A DNA stretch of 64,000 nucleotides from Azolla caroliniana (GCA_043228905.1 JBHGNT010000008.1:2232001-2296000), one strand, 5' to 3'. Numbered from the stretch's first letter, positions 26,645 through 41,400 are shown. Numbers and translations: made by a program. Notes: generated from the letters alone by a model not told the origin.

Positions 26645-28522
26645 ATGAAGAAGAGGAGAACAGAGAGCTCTGGCCTTGAAGATGCAGAGAGGAGTCTCCA
26701 TGCTTCTTTCTGTGCTGCAGCTAACTCCATTTCACACCTTTACACACAAGCCCAGACCCAGAACAAGATCTCTTTTCAAGCAGGCCAGCGCCATAGCCTG
26801 GTAAGATTAGAGCAAGAAAAAAAGAGTTTTTTTTTTCCCTCCTTCATCTTTTTTCTTTTGGGTTTCCTTTTAGAGATTTCATTTTCAAGAATCTATCATG
26901 TTTTTGCTTCAAGGGTATCTCATAGATGTAACTTTAGATCAATGTGTTTTCTTTTTCTTTTTCTTTTTTTTGTGATCGTAGATACGTTAGATAAACCTAG
27001 AATCAAGTTTTCCAAGGTTATCCTCAGATTCTGAGCTTAGTGAAGTTAGGTATAAGGTTACATAAATAGTTCTCAACAATGGTGCCCAAGCTTTGAAGAC
27101 AGGGAGGTTAGAGATAAGGTTAGATCAATGTTTATCAAGTTGAGATGGAACTTTAATCTTTGAAGGCGTTTGAAATCAGCTTAGATCAATGAAACCCTTC
27201 TTATTCAGGCGAAGAGGTTTGAATAAGATTAGATCAATGTTTCAAAGATGGTGGTAAACCTTGGATGATAGATAAGTTAGATAAAATCTTTTCAATATGA
27301 TGCTAAAACTTTGATGATGAAGTTGGATAAACTGTTCTCAACATGGTGCAAAACTTTGATGATAGATAGCTTAGATAGAAAGTTAAATAGATAGATTTTC
27401 AACAGGATGTTCAATAGAGAAGTAGGAGACAACATCAGGTAGATAGTTTCCAACACGATACTCAAAACTTCAATGATAGAGAAAATATTGATAATGCTAA
27501 ATCATTGCGATCATGATAATGCTACAACGTCAATGATAAATTTTATTGATAAGTAAGAAGTTTTAGATAAGCTTACTTCAATGTTTCCAAGATGAATGTT
27601 TAATAACCTAGGAAAGTTGGATAAGCTTCTGTAGATTTTTCCAAGATAAAGTTAAAAGTAGCGTTATGATGATCAATGTTTTCAAGAAAATTCTATAACT
27701 GTAATGATCAGAGAATTTTTGGTAATTGTATACAAATGTTCCCAGTAATGTTCTAAAACTGTGATTATAAGAAAAAAATTGGATAACCTTAGACCAATGT
27801 TTCCAAGATAACGATAGAGAAGTATATTAAGTGGAATCCTAGATCAACGTTGCCAAGATAACTTAGCTAATCTCAGATAAGCGTTTCCATGATGAATATA
27901 ATAGGGAAGCTTGATATGGTAATGTTCAATCATTCTTTGCAAGCCAGCAAGGATAGGTTAACTTTTGAGCTATGTGTTTTTTAAAACTTAATGTTTGCGG
28001 GCAACTCAAGACAAAGGTTGATTTTGTAATATTTGTTCTTAAAAGATTTCTATCATCACATGTGGTATTCTGATCTCTAGGACAAGCTCTGTGAGTGGAT
28101 ACAGAAACACCATCATCAATTTGGTTCTTTTCCAGCCACAGCTGATATTGTGGATTATCTGAAGGTATGGTTTCTTCTTGATCCCCTTAATGCTTCCAGG
28201 AGGGAACTTTTGTTTGATGTTACCTCCCTTTGGTTTTCCTATTGATTTCCCATCCCTTGGACCCGGCAGACCGAATTGGATAATATTAGCCAGAATGAAA
28301 TGACATTGTTGCAAGTCCAGAATGGCACCTCTTTTCCCTCAACTTATTCTACAGATCAAACAAGGTTTCCACCAGGTAAAAATGCGTTCGATCTTTTTGA
28401 AAATTCATGGAAAAATATGATTTTGCTACTCGAGTTGACCGTTTTTGTGTGTGTACTTTATTCCGCTAGAAAGTCGTAGGAAGTCGTCGTTGTATACATG
28501 CACGAGCCATGCCACAAGCTAA
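26645..28522 (+). CDS. Small conserved plant protein of the [12 protein letters not shown] family (resembles animal HAPSTR1/C16orf72), 4 exons, 124 aa
   Basis: Exons 26645-26800, 28081-28164, 28294-28375, 28470-28522; GT-AG introns; 375 nt. Translation [52 protein letters not shown]|[28 protein letters not shown]|NE. The last exon is less certain. Confidence 0.8.
27040..27920. repeat. Degenerate ~50-60 bp tandem array in intron 1 of the HAPSTR1-like gene
   Basis: Recurring GATAAG.TTAGATCAATGTTTCCAAGAT / GATGATAGA motifs, more than 10 times. Confidence 0.7.
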
Positions 28523-30947
28523 AAAAGGCTACAGTTGAGTGGTGATGATACTACCCTGCATTTTACTCATCTCATGCCGCTTATCAATTCCGAGGGTGTC
28601 ACGTTTATGAATGATGGATGAGATGATACATTTTGCTTATTATTGGTGAAAAGAGTAATAATCCTGTGTGGCATACCCGTGCCATACGAAGTTGTGAATA
28701 TGTTGTTTCTCTGTCTGAAGTACTGGACATTGATTTTGATGAGATGGCTACTACCATCATTTATCTTGGTTACAATGATCATTGGATGCAAGCAAAGAAA
28801 ATGTTGTTTTTTTATATGGTTCGTCATCAGCAGAAAATCAATGATGACAGAAAGATGAGATGCTTCTTATTCTGTGCCAGAATATGCTGACTTGTCTCTT
28901 GAAACTTCTTGCTGATGATATGGCCAATAACATCATTTTATTTTATTAGAAATTTGCTCGTTGTGAGTTAAAAAACAACATTGTTACAATAGCTCTCACC
29001 ATCTGAAGAAAGCCAATTGAAGGTGAGTTGCTACATAACTCTATGCAGAATCGATGTGTTATGAAAACATACCATGACATAAAATAGAAAGTGGCCTCTA
29101 ATTTTTTAAGGATGACATCTTTGTAGAGGGCCGAATCTCCACGAATGAACTTAACATTTAATAACCAATTGATTAAAATTCTTATGATGTTTGTCTTTGC
29201 TTTCACATTAATGCAGGTTGATGTGTAAAGGGAGCTTGATGGTAGCATAAATGAAATTTCAGTATTGCGGATTTACTTGCTCTACAGAAAGCTTTGAGTG
29301 GAGGAGGCTACATTTGATTTTAGTTTATTCAACATCGTATACTTAACCAGAAATATCTATGATTGAAAGTAAAAAATATCATGAGTTATTTTACATATTT
29401 GGTGTTTTCCAAGTATACATATCCTTGAAGACATTGGGTTTGAGTTTGCTGTAAATGTAATACATGAATGTTATCCAATGGGGTTGATGTTGTTCACATT
29501 CAGTAAAGACCATGACAGGGTGGAAAGCAATTTGAAGACGCATTTTAACAATATTTGGCCAGTAGAGTTTCAAATGACTGGTGTTGATAAGCATGATGAG
29601 GCATCAAGTTTCTTTAAATTCATTTTTATGAGAGATTATATCGTGGGTTATAGTCTGTATTATGAGACCTTAACAGAGTTTCATATTATAGGTTGGTATG
29701 TATTTGCACCTGGACCAGGTTTACACATGATTTACTTACAGTGTAGAATCAGATTTCTTGATAGATATACTTATAGTGAATAAATATCATGTGGAAGGGT
29801 TAAAAGGTATCCATATAGAGCAATTGGTTACCAATGTAATGCTATTGGATAATATATCGTTGATGAAAGAATTAGAACCCAAGAACATCATTCCATGTGT
29901 AATAAACATGAATATAATTGCATACCTATGTAGGAGTGGTGGTAGTTATGAGTGTAAGAGGTTACTATATAAGTGTGCTTTGCTGCTTTGACATTGCCCA
30001 ATGCCATTTACAATAAATAAATAGCGGTGCATGCCGGTGTAACATAAGGTTTAAGACAATTGAAATAAACTTTCTTGAAAATTGAGCACATCAACTTGCC
30101 ATATGAGGTTTAAGAGCATCATAACCAACTTAATAGACTTTCAAAAGTTCCAATCATAGATCAAATAGAGAGATATACTATTGGGTTATTACCAAACATT
30201 AGTTCTATTATGTTATGGTATGAGTTTGCATCCTAATTGGGTTGTTGTCTTCACCTCACATGACGTAGTGGCATTTCTCATGGCTCACGATACTATTGGA
30301 TTGGTTGCATGAGATTGTTGGCCAATGACCCCATTGCAACACCTTTTGGTAAGATATATGGCCTCTAGCACAATTAGTTTACAATTGCCCCATCATACAC
30401 GTGTATTGTATAGCCCAAACAACATGTTTGGGCTTTAAGATTATTGCCAATGCTGTTTTTTATTGCCACAACACTTTATACATAAGATATGGCCTTCTTG
30501 TATTCTATGATAATGTGTAAACACATAATGTCATTGTGGCAAATGATGCACATAGTTGATTTACATGAAGTCTTTCTAAAGTTTTTGGTTGCCGAAATGT
30601 GAGCAATGTATGGTGCATTGCATCAACGTGAGGCATCAATATCACATGATTTGCAAGAGAATACTACAATGTTCATGCGATGTTCTAATTGTATATTGTA
30701 AATAACTTTCAGAAGGTGCTACTTCAACATTTTTTATAACATTTCATTAGATGTTCACTCAAGATTGATTAATTATGTGGTGTTCATAATCACTTAAATG
30801 AGTTGTTGTTGACTTTTGAATTGTGCAATAATAGTGCTTTGTATGTTGTTTGAGAAGTAGGGATGAAATTAAGTAAAGTTTACAATGTTAGTTGCATCAA
30901 ATCTCTACAAGGTTTGCCACCAAGGTGGAAGTAGGCTGAAATGATGG

Positions 30948-31350
30948 CCATCACCACAAAGATTGAATGAGTCCCAAGTTCATCATACAATTCTATGACT
31001 TAAGAGTTCCAAAGTAGCACCAAGAGGTGCAATACGCCAATACCCATTAGAAAACTTGTTAGAGTAAACTATGTACTTAGAAGCCTTGCTTCTAGTACAT
31101 GATATAATGCGCGGCGTGCGCACATTACTGTAATTAGGACTACATCTAGCCCATCACCACAAAGATTGAATGAGTCCCAAGTTCATCATACAATTCTATG
31201 ACTTAAGAGTTCCAAAGTAGTACCACGAGGTGCAATACGCCAATACCCATTAGAAAACTTGTTAGAGTAAACTATGTACTTAGACGCCTTGCTTCTAATA
31301 CATGATATAATGCACACACATTATTGTAATTAGGACTACATCTAGCCCAT
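30948..31350. repeat. Recent tandem duplication of ~200 bp
   Basis: CCATCACCACAAAGATTGAATGAGTCCC... starts at 30948 and again at 31151; the copies are nearly identical. Confidence 0.95.
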
Positions 31351-32133
31351 CTTGCTTCCCAATATATGCATAACACTTGATTATGAGTCTTTACACTATA
31401 ACTAACCCATGGTAATGACCCTCAACATAGGACTATGTGCGCAGTTAATTTGCAAGCCAATTTGAGATAAAATCCAACAATATGGGTTGCCAACTTGAGC
31501 ATAGGAGAAACCAAGAACATATGACATAGGGTTCACATGGAAAACACGGACTCCACAAAGATTTCGTGAACAATGTTACAATGGAATCATATAAACTTGG
31601 TCGTGTCATTTATGTAGATCCTTTCTTTGTGCCAAAGAAAGAAGCCACAACTAAATATGGTAAAAACTACTTAGACAAGGAATCAAACTAAGATACATGT
31701 AAGATTTTGTGTTTGTCCAATATTATCCTTGATTGTGCTTCTTATTTGCATTGCATACCAAGTCGCACAACATTTACTTGTCAAACTTATGCTTGAAGAA
31801 ATTCAAAAGCTACAATGCTCAATTTAAGCCCTCGTGAAAACCACTGATTATGCACAATGAAGTTTTCCCATCATAGAGGAACACTACTACTCGAGGAGGC
31901 CAAACATATACTCACTTGAAAGAGCATGCCGAAAGACAATAAAAAGAAGAGACAAATATTTCATGTCTGTCTTCATTGCAAGTGGCGCACCGAATTCTAC
32001 CATGGGAACTTGGAGAAGGGCAAGAACACCACAACCCAAAGTGCTTGTCTTCCCGGTACCTACCTACCGAAGCAAGGTCTAGCTCTAGAAATGTGTCTTC
32101 CCACAAGTAACCGTAGCGAGCTTCTGGCTAGAG

Positions 32134-33138
32134 CTAGACTCTCACGAGGAAGATGCTTAGCTCGGGGCCGCTAGTCCGGTCGGGATTCATCATGTAGTAG
32201 GCTTCCGAGTCGCAATTGCCGACAACACGCTCAAAGCGCGCACGCATGTACATGAGCTGGTCACGAGCTACACCATCCACATGGTCATTGTCCTTGTCCT
32301 TGTCAATGTCAATGTCATTGTCCTTGTCATTGTCAATGTCATGGTCCTTGTCATTGTCAATGAGATTTTTGCCCCTCCGAGGAGAGCTCCCCGGGAGGGC
32401 CAATGGGAGCACCCCGGCGCCCATGGACACCGCCCCAACCATGGACAATGCCAAGGCGTGCCACGAGCCGCTAAACGAGCATGGCCCAAGGCGGTGGGCG
32501 TACCCGGACTTGCGCCCATTGCAATACATTGTCCAGACGGGCTCCTCCAAGAGCTTCCGGGGGGCGGCACGACACGGGGCCCTCGGACACTCGAGCGCAA
32601 TCCGTACCATCCCCGATGCCATCTCCCTCACCAAGGTGTTTGTGGGAGTGGCGAGCTCGAGTAGCAAACGCGGGGCCGACCGCGTGTCTTCTTGGAGTGC
32701 CCAATGCATGTGGCTCTTGCGGTAACCGAACAAGGTCCCGGTCATGGTCATCGTCGTCACGCGCGAATTGGCCGGCCATCCCGACGGACAATGGGCATCA
32801 TAGTTGGGGGAAGGCATATAGTTAGTGCTCATCCGGCAGCACAATGATGGCGGTATACCGATCATCCGGCACACCGTTCTCAATGCGTAGGAGATGTAGT
32901 TCTTCTTCTTGGCATGGATCTTGCTGGTAGCATCATTAGTAACAATCGGCTTCTTCCGATGATTATTTACTGATGATGACAAAGAAGAAGATGATGATGA
33001 TGATGAAGAAGGAGGCGAGGTCTCTTCGTCGGATTTGAATTTCTCCGCCAGTCGCAGCCTGCGATGCGGCGGCTCATCATTCGCAGGAATATCATCATTA
33101 GGTTTAATGTCATCATCAATGATATATTTCGCCATCAT
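32134..33138 (-). CDS. MIZU-KUSSEI 1-like protein (DUF617), intronless, 334 aa
   Basis: DUF617 motifs TGTLFGYRKSH..LQED..P.LLLELA.PT..LVREMASGMVRIALEC, WTMYCNGRKSGYA, VSMGAGVLP, LMYMRARFERVVG..DSEAYYMMNPD..GPELSIFLVRV. Confidence 0.95.
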   Translation of the reverse strand: MMAKYIIDDDIKPNDDIPANDEPPHRRLRLAEKFKSDEETSPPSSSSSSSSSLSSSVNNHRKKPIVTNDATSKIHAKKKNYISYALRTVCRMIGIPPSLCCRMSTNYMPSPNYDAHCPSGWPANSRVTTMTMTGTLFGYRKSHMHWALQEDTRSAPRLLLELATPTNTLVREMASGMVRIALECPRAPCRAAPRKLLEEPVWTMYCNGRKSGYAHRLGPCSFSGSWHALALSMVGAVSMGAGVLPLALPGSSPRRGKNLIDNDKDHDIDNDKDNDIDIDKDKDNDHVDGVARDQLMYMRARFERVVGNCDSEAYYMMNPDRTSGPELSIFLVRV

Positions 33139-34113
33139 TAATCGCCTCTTCGGCCTCCCTAATGAGGAATGAATTAGTTAAGTACTTGCCTAAATCTGGT
33201 TATTCCTTAACCTTCGGTGAATGTGACAATGGTAAGTCTAATCTTTCACCTCAGCGAATCTGACCATGGTTAAATCCTTAACCTCTCCCCCATATATTAC
33301 AGCATCGATTGCACTGCTGATTATTGATCATCAGCCTTCACGCTAAGCAGTCCTGGAGCTTAATCTGGTAGGTAATTGTCTAATTAAGAAAGGATTGGGT
33401 GGGTAAATCTCCTGATGGATAGCTGATCCGACAGCTAGCTATGATGATTAAGAGCAAGCAGGGGCGATTAGCAGGCAACGAGAGTGGGATTGAGCGAATT
33501 AAAGATCCATAGCAGAGACAGTAAAAAAAACAACATACAGAGAAAGTGTGCTAAAAACAAAAAGCGTGTGAAGGGGGGCCTTAATAAATATAGGGCAGAA
33601 GTGTGCTTAGCGCATGAAAGGGGGCCTAAATAATTTTCTTGGAATTAATAATGGAGAATATTAGCTAATTATTGATTAATGATTAGCCTGAATTATTTAT
33701 TTATTTATTTATATTGTTTTTGTTTTAATAGATATGAAGTAACTTTTATTTATATATATATATATATATATTTTTAAAAGGGGCTTTTTTTCCATCTGGT
33801 TAGAAGAGAGAGTTCGGTTCGGTTAGAAGTGCGCGTGATTCGGTCACGTGCCTCTGTCCTTCTCTCTCCTCTCTCTCTCTCTCTCTAAAAAAAGCTCCTT
33901 TTCTTTTATGTAGACCGTGTAAACAAAAAAGCGAAGCCCATTGGGCGGACAAGTGTGAAACCGCCGAGAGCGGCGCGCACGTGCGGTTTTGGTGGGGGGG
34001 GGGGGGGGGGGGTGGATAATTCGTTTATTATTTACATGGACGAAATGCTTTTCTAGAGTACAAAAACACATGTACCTCATTTACTTAATATATGTCTAAC
34101 GCTTCCATTTGTT

Positions 34114-34167
<54 letters not shown>

Positions 34168-37100
34168 TCAAAATGACTTTTGTACTTAGGTCCTATGGGT
34201 CAATATTTGGCCTCTATATGGACGCTAAAAATATCTATCTGTCCATCTATCTCTATGGCTCTTGTCTTGGTGGTTTACACCATAACATCATCCAAATGTC
34301 CTAAATTTGGGGGAACCCTGGTTCCAATCCTCGCCATGGGGCGCTAGGCCCCCTCGTTGATTGCAATTAGCCTTTTGTGGACGTTAAAAAGATCTCTCTC
34401 TCTCTCTCTCTAGTGATGGTGTCGATGCTTGTTGCACCGAGCGCGTCATGGCTTTTAAATGATGATACGGCCAAGTCACTTTCTTCTTGTGCATTCACAC
34501 GCGTCAAGGTAGAATTCCTGGGAGTCCATAGAGGTTTGTCGTCAATTTAATATTGGTACACGGGGCATCTGCGTGTGTTGTAGGTTACGACGTTGCACAA
34601 CTCATTGCAAGAAATCCATTGGAGGATAACCTGCTTGCATTATCCAAACCACCCGCATTTTCCTAAATCCCTAATCCCAATGCACCATTTGCTAACTTTG
34701 CCTAGAGTTCTTGATTGTCAGTTGGTAGTCCCACGATGAAAATATTGATCAGAACAAGTTGCAAACTTTAATCTCACAATTGATCTCACCATTGATTATG
34801 TAGGTGATGGTATTCAATGTTACCCCCATATACATGTGAGGTTTGACCTCAAGCCTCACACCTCTCCCAAAACTCCTCTAACTATAGCTTTATAAAGTTG
34901 GCGTAACAATCTTTTTCTTTTTCATGATCTAGATGAACTCTTGTAAGCTACTAATACCTCATACACTTCACATTGAAATGGTACAAGTCTTAGCCCATGA
35001 GTGAGACCTCCATATTCAAGGACACAAACATACACTAACTCTTTTCCCATGTTGAAGAGACCTTCATTGTACGATTTTCCAAATAACACTATCCTAATAT
35101 GTGCACTCGCATTTGGACCACATGCACATGGGGACATCATGCTCACATTCAAGACACTTGGGTGTACATTGATCCCCTGCACTGTGTAGAGAGTTTCGAG
35201 TGTTACATTCATTTTATTTAATGCCTACACTCGTGCGACATCTCATTAAGATCTTGTTACATTTTCAAGTATATTTGTTCTTAATATTTCTCCTTCCATT
35301 TAGTTTGGGTCGATCATAGATATACCTGGGTTCACATATTTGGGTTTCTAGAAACGTCTTATGTATATATTATATCTAAGATTAAGGTCACAATCTAGTC
35401 ACATTGGTAGAATGGATAGTTATTGTAAGCATAATCTTATAAATTGGGTTAAGGGTAGGATAGTTGGGAATCAAATTACCCTAGGAACTTAGAGAAACCC
35501 ATGTGGACCTATAGCAAGTGGGAACACGCGGTGGTCTGGAAGCCTCATGTGTTTAACTATATACAAGAAACTAGCTAACCTATTCATTGCGAAATCTTGA
35601 GACTTGTCGAGACTCTATTGGTGGGTTAAGCTCTTTTCGTTTGATTCTTTATTCAACAAGCAAGGTATAACATGAAGTAATATTCAGTCATCCGGGCACC
35701 GATATCATTTTATATTTTTCTCATATCCTTCGTGCAGGGGTGATCAAGGTGGTTAAGCACCCTTAATCTATTCTTCTCCTTAATCTCTTATTCTTTTGTT
35801 CATCATTAGTTTGCTCAGTAATAATAGTATACAAAGGACCAAGCTATGAAATTCACCAAGACAATTTTTAGCACAAATATTTCCCATTTGACTCTATATA
35901 CCTCAACCAATAAATTGACGAGATGATAGCTCTTATTGTAAAGATGTATGTCCTGTCCTCCTTCATTTAATGCCTAGATTTTGCGATTATCGATTTCATG
36001 ACAATGTCCCTTAAAGGGTGGACGTACCCAAAGCTGTAGGAATTAAATTTTTACATTACAATTACATTAGGTTTCTGTGGATACAGTGGTATTTTTTTGT
36101 TTTTACTCTAGTAAACTCATATATCCGTGTCGCTACTAGCCACATATCCACTTTGACTTATGACTACATGTCACATGTTTCCGAAAAATAGTTGTAACTT
36201 GTGAGAATCAACCACCATTTATATTTAGTTCTCAATAGAAGATTCCATTCATTCTTAACCAAATCCTTAATGAATAGTATGCCATTTGCTATTTTATAAG
36301 ATGTCATGACAAGTTTCAAACCTTTATGCCAAACAATTGTAAAGAGGATCAATGTTTTTACTAGACATGACATTTATAAACAATTACTAAACCTTGAGAA
36401 CATTTACATTTGTGACATATATGTCCTCTTATACGATCCTTGACATAATTAGAGTACTGTAGTATAAGTTCTAACACCAACAATTAAGTCACACGTTTCA
36501 AAGATGAACGATATCAAATTAGTTTGTTTTAAACGAAAAAGTTGAACGTCGCGTGAATGAGTGATGTCCATTCGATACTTTTCTTGGGATAATAAGATAG
36601 TTATCCAACGAAAGATGATTTTGGAACGCAAGCGGCATATGTTTGGGCCTTTCATACCGTGAACGTGTTTTCAAGTACTTGCTACCTTGCTACTTAGCTT
36701 TATAAAGACAAAGTTTGAATGCAATCATTGTTTGCTCTTGTTATTAAATTTGTATTTAATATTCATTACTCATTCTCCCTTATTGTCATTATGCAAGGAC
36801 AACATAGTTTCCAAGTTATTCAATGTACTGCATAGCTACAAAGGTAGAGGGCTAGTATACTAGAACAATCATGGAGTTGACAAGTAAATGTGTAGCCAAC
36901 AAACCTTATAAGTAAGAAGTTGCTCATTGCAATGTAAAATGTACTTACATGTAGACTAAAGAATTGATTGGGAAATCTCTCTTTGGAAATGGGAAATTAA
37001 GAGTCCTTGAAGTTCTGGGCATGTTTGCTTTTCTACAAATTCCTCATCTAAGCAACCAATATCTCAAACTCGTTCAACAAAGATAACCAAGAAGCATGTG

Positions 37101-38444
37101 TCTCTCAATATCTTCCATGTACTTTTCATCCTGTCTTTTTATTTCATCTTTATCCCCATTTCAATATCTTCAATATGCACTGAATGTCATATTCTTGTTA
37201 ACAACTAGAATAAACTAATATTGTATATCTAGTAGCTATTGCTCATATGATTTATAATATATGTGCTTAAGCATGTAGGTAGGTTGATGTACTTGACATA
37301 ACATAATCATGAATATCTAGTGACCAATCAATTTATAGCCGAGGATCATTAGATGTAAGCGATTATCCATGTTGGTAGTGTACTTGCAAGTGGACATGCC
37401 TATAATATTAGATAGTTAGTACCATGTCCCACTCATGCTAAAACGTTACACATGGAGACATTATAAAGGGTTAACTAAGTTATAAAAGGTATCAAGATTG
37501 TTGTGTTGGTGCCATTGCGTTCGGTCTTATACTTTACCACGTGATGGTTTTGTACATAATCTTTCGTTCAAACTAATTTAATCACATTATGAATTATGTA
37601 TTGTGTGTGATTGGTAATTAAATTCTGATCCGTAAAGATTAATTCTGGTTTTCCTTAGATGGCACCTTTATGCGTGTGATGCCCATTGCCTCGCATGGCA
37701 TTGTGGGCATTGTATGCCGAATGTTTGCAAACTTTTTGATATCATATTTGTTATAGTTTTATTGTGCCTCTTTTCCACCTGAAATTTGAGGTTTCCCACA
37801 AATAATATAGTGCATTGCTAAAAGGTCCACACTTGCTTTTTAAGGATCTTTAGTGTACTCATTGGACAGATGTATCTTGATTTGGTTATGATTACCAAAC
37901 TATCGAAATCTTATGGGTGCAAGAGTTTCGAGGTTTTCCCATGATACAATTTCATAAACTTCTATAACTTGAATATATCCCAAAAATTCACCATGGGATT
38001 GTGAATGGGTTTGCTCATCCAATTTGAAAATGTTTTCTAGGGAAAGTTAATACTTAATAGATATTGCAAGTTACAATGCGTTAAAAAATGGCATTGTAAT
38101 GATGTGCCAAAACAAAGTTATACAATTATTTCATTCCCTCAAGAATGATAATAGAAAGAACACTTTTGTTAACATGTTAATTAACACTCTGAATTACATG
38201 AAGACAATGCATGTATGTGACCACACACAACGAATACATAATACATACATACATTATTACATATGTACGTACAAACATACATACATATCGCTAGAAACAC
38301 ACAAACATAATGTCAAAGTAGTTGATCCATTGTTGGGAGAAAAATATAAAATGCACCCGAAAATCATAATTAAACCTTTGTATACATTAAAAAAAACATT
38401 GCCAGGTGCATTGAAAATTTTGTGTTTTGAGACACTTATAATCA

Positions 38445-41400
38445 TCATCCATCAGAATTAGGTGATGGTGATGATGACGAACTAGAAACTAGAGTAACTT
38501 TATCATCTAAGGGAGAGCACAACAAATTAGATGAGGAATTAGAATTAGTAGTACTCGGACCCGTTGCAACCAAGAGGTCGCTCGGAAACAACTTATTCAT
38601 CTTAGAGATGGAGGCATCTTTTATTGCTTTCCTAGGGTGGACCTCCTCCTTTACCAATAATGCATCATGTTGTTGTATGACAAGTATTGATGAGTGAATG
38701 GTGGAAGTGGTAGTTAGGGCATCCCCGATCGGACCCAACTCAGGAAACTCAATTTCTTGTCCGGCCAATGATGCAATCATGAGAGATGGGCGCCTTCCTC
38801 GGCCTACTAATAATAGAGTAAAACCTTCTATCTTTCCCACTTCGGTTGCGACTTCTATCGGGTTGCCATTAACAACCCTCTCCTCATATACAACAGAAGC
38901 ATGCGTTCCTTGTTTCAATATTGCTAGACACTCCTCATCTAGTTTGTACTCAGTTTCTATGTCGAGATCTGAGGTCACCATGAAATCACAATACCCCGCG
39001 CGTGTGTATCCTTTTGAGAAAGGCAAAGGCCGGGAAAATGAAAGAGGGCCATTAACGATATCCCTATGGGCTTCATGGTCATGTTGGCCATCATTTTCCG
39101 GCATGGAGATCGCGACATGATCTTTTATCGGTCCTTGGATAAATCTAAAGATTTTCAACCTTACTCCTGGATGCTCGGCCATACAGTAGCCTAATGATAC
39201 AGCCTCCCTATCATCCGGACCTCCAAAGAATAGAACAACTACATTGTGATCGACATCAACAGAAGATACATTGCACGAATGACTAGGCCTTGTGCCGATG
39301 CCTCTATCAACTAGAATTCCAACCGAACACGGAGCATGTGAAAGCACTCTTAGGTTCACATTTCTTAACCTAGGATTTATGCCCCCCTCCCTATGGCTAT
39401 TAGTGTGCTTGTGGAAAGGTACCACGACCAAGCAAGCCCTCTTTTGCCGGGCCACAACACCAATATCTTCGTGCATATCGTCGAAACTCGAGATTGCGGT
39501 CATTACTTGAACCGACACTTTACTCAATTGTTGGTATGTGTCGAATGTGAGCACGACATTGTCCAAGTCATCACGACAATCGCTGGATGACGGCAAACCA
39601 TTGCTCCTCACCTTTTGCACTTTCATGATAGAGGACGGTCTTTCGGTCAATTCGAGTAAATGCAAGACGTACATCCGAAGAGTCTTTTTCCGTGTTCCCC
39701 TCGAGGCCTCAACAAGGTTCATTACGGCACGCACGTTTGGCATCCCTTGCACACACGCCAAGACACGTAGGTTATCGTCCTCCTCGGGACCTTTACTAAA
39801 TCGTGGACGATAGATAACTCTCCGACTATAAGGTACTTGAGTCCGAGCCGGTTTATATAGCCACATCACTGCAGGTGTCGTGATAAATGTCGTGACCAAG
39901 GCCATCAAAACCATGATTGCAAACGTCTCATCGTTGATAACCTAAGAATATTATGCACATACATGACGAAAAATTAGGAGTATGATCGAATTACTACAAC
40001 ATTTTGTAACTAGCATTAACATTTTGTAACTAGCATTAACGCGTCGAAACAAAAGTAGTCTCGGGCATTAGAATAGTACCTTATGATCCTTGCCGATATT
40101 GAGGACGATAAGCTCGACGAGACCTTTTGTGTTCATCAGAAACCCTAGGGCGAGGGCTTTCCGGACGCTCATCTTGTGGAGGGACGCCATAATGAAAGTG
40201 CCCAACACTTTCCCGATGCAACCCGTGGCAATGACTAGAAACAAAAGACCGATGGACCGTACGCCGTGGATGGATCCAATGTTTGTCTTCAATCCGCTCG
40301 AAGCAAAGTAAAGAGGCAACATGAGGGTGGTGACCAAATCTTCGATTTTCTCAATCATCATGCCCGCGAAAGGACCTTCTTTTGGTATGATGAGCCCGAA
40401 CACAAAAGCACCGAAGATTACATGAATTCCGATAGAATCCGTCATGAAGCTCGAGACTAATACCCCGACTAGGGTTATCACGACAAATACCTCGTTCGCG
40501 GGCTCGTTTCCTAGGGTGTTCCGCAAGAAGGTCGCGAGGAGCGGGCGTATCACGAGGAACATGAAGAGCACGAAGACGAGGCCCGAGAGCAAGACCCAGA
40601 GTGCTAGGATAGGGCTCTTTCCCAAGCCGGATAATGCGACAGCGAGGGCAAGGAGAACCCATGCCGCCACATCGTTGATGGCGGCCGCGGACATGGCCAT
40701 TTGGCCGACCTCGGTCGTGAGAAGCTTGCGGTCGGCCAAAATGCGGGCGAGCACCGGGAACGCAGTTATGGACATGGCCACCCCCATGAAGACCAAGAAT
40801 GGGACAATGCGGCTACTACTCTCGGTTGCTATTGTCCGGAGTAAGACGAGTGACACGCCCACCCCGCCCACGAATGGGATCGAGATCCCGGCACCCGCTA
40901 TGCTTAAGGCCTTTCTCCCTGTCTTCTTTAGAGTGTTGAGGTCGAGCTCGAGCCCGACTAGGAAGAGGAAGAATATGAGGCCCAAATTGGCTACTGTGTC
41001 AAGGACAGTTATGCTTTGCTTCGGAAATATGTGGTTCACATAGGTCTCGATCCGTCCCAATGCAGATGGCCCGAGCAATATTCCTCCCTGTTGAATCCAC
41101 ATCAAATATATATATGTAATGTAATGTAATGCCTGTTTAATCCATATCATATATATATATGTAATGTAATTTGTTTACATTATAATCAATGCCAAGAGCT
41201 CTACATCTAATGCATATACAGTTAATCAAATGTCAATACTACAAACATATATATGTTATGTTATGTATGCTGAAATGCCATTAATAAATTGTCTTTGATG
41301 CTTACTTAGACAGAAACCTCTGAATCAAACTGTCTTATCAAATCCTATCCTTTTTATGCAGAAATTATTGATATGAAAGAAGAATGATGAATTTCCACAT

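Noticed and set aside
26147-26730. Long ORFs in all six frames (poly-YT, HI, MC, VY)
   Set aside because: Artefacts of a stop-free microsatellite; only the portion from ATG 26645 is supported as coding.
32216-32825. Antisense and alternative-frame ORFs over the MIZ1-like gene (likewise 38698-41043 over CHX)
   Set aside because: Expected shadow ORFs of GC-rich coding sequence.
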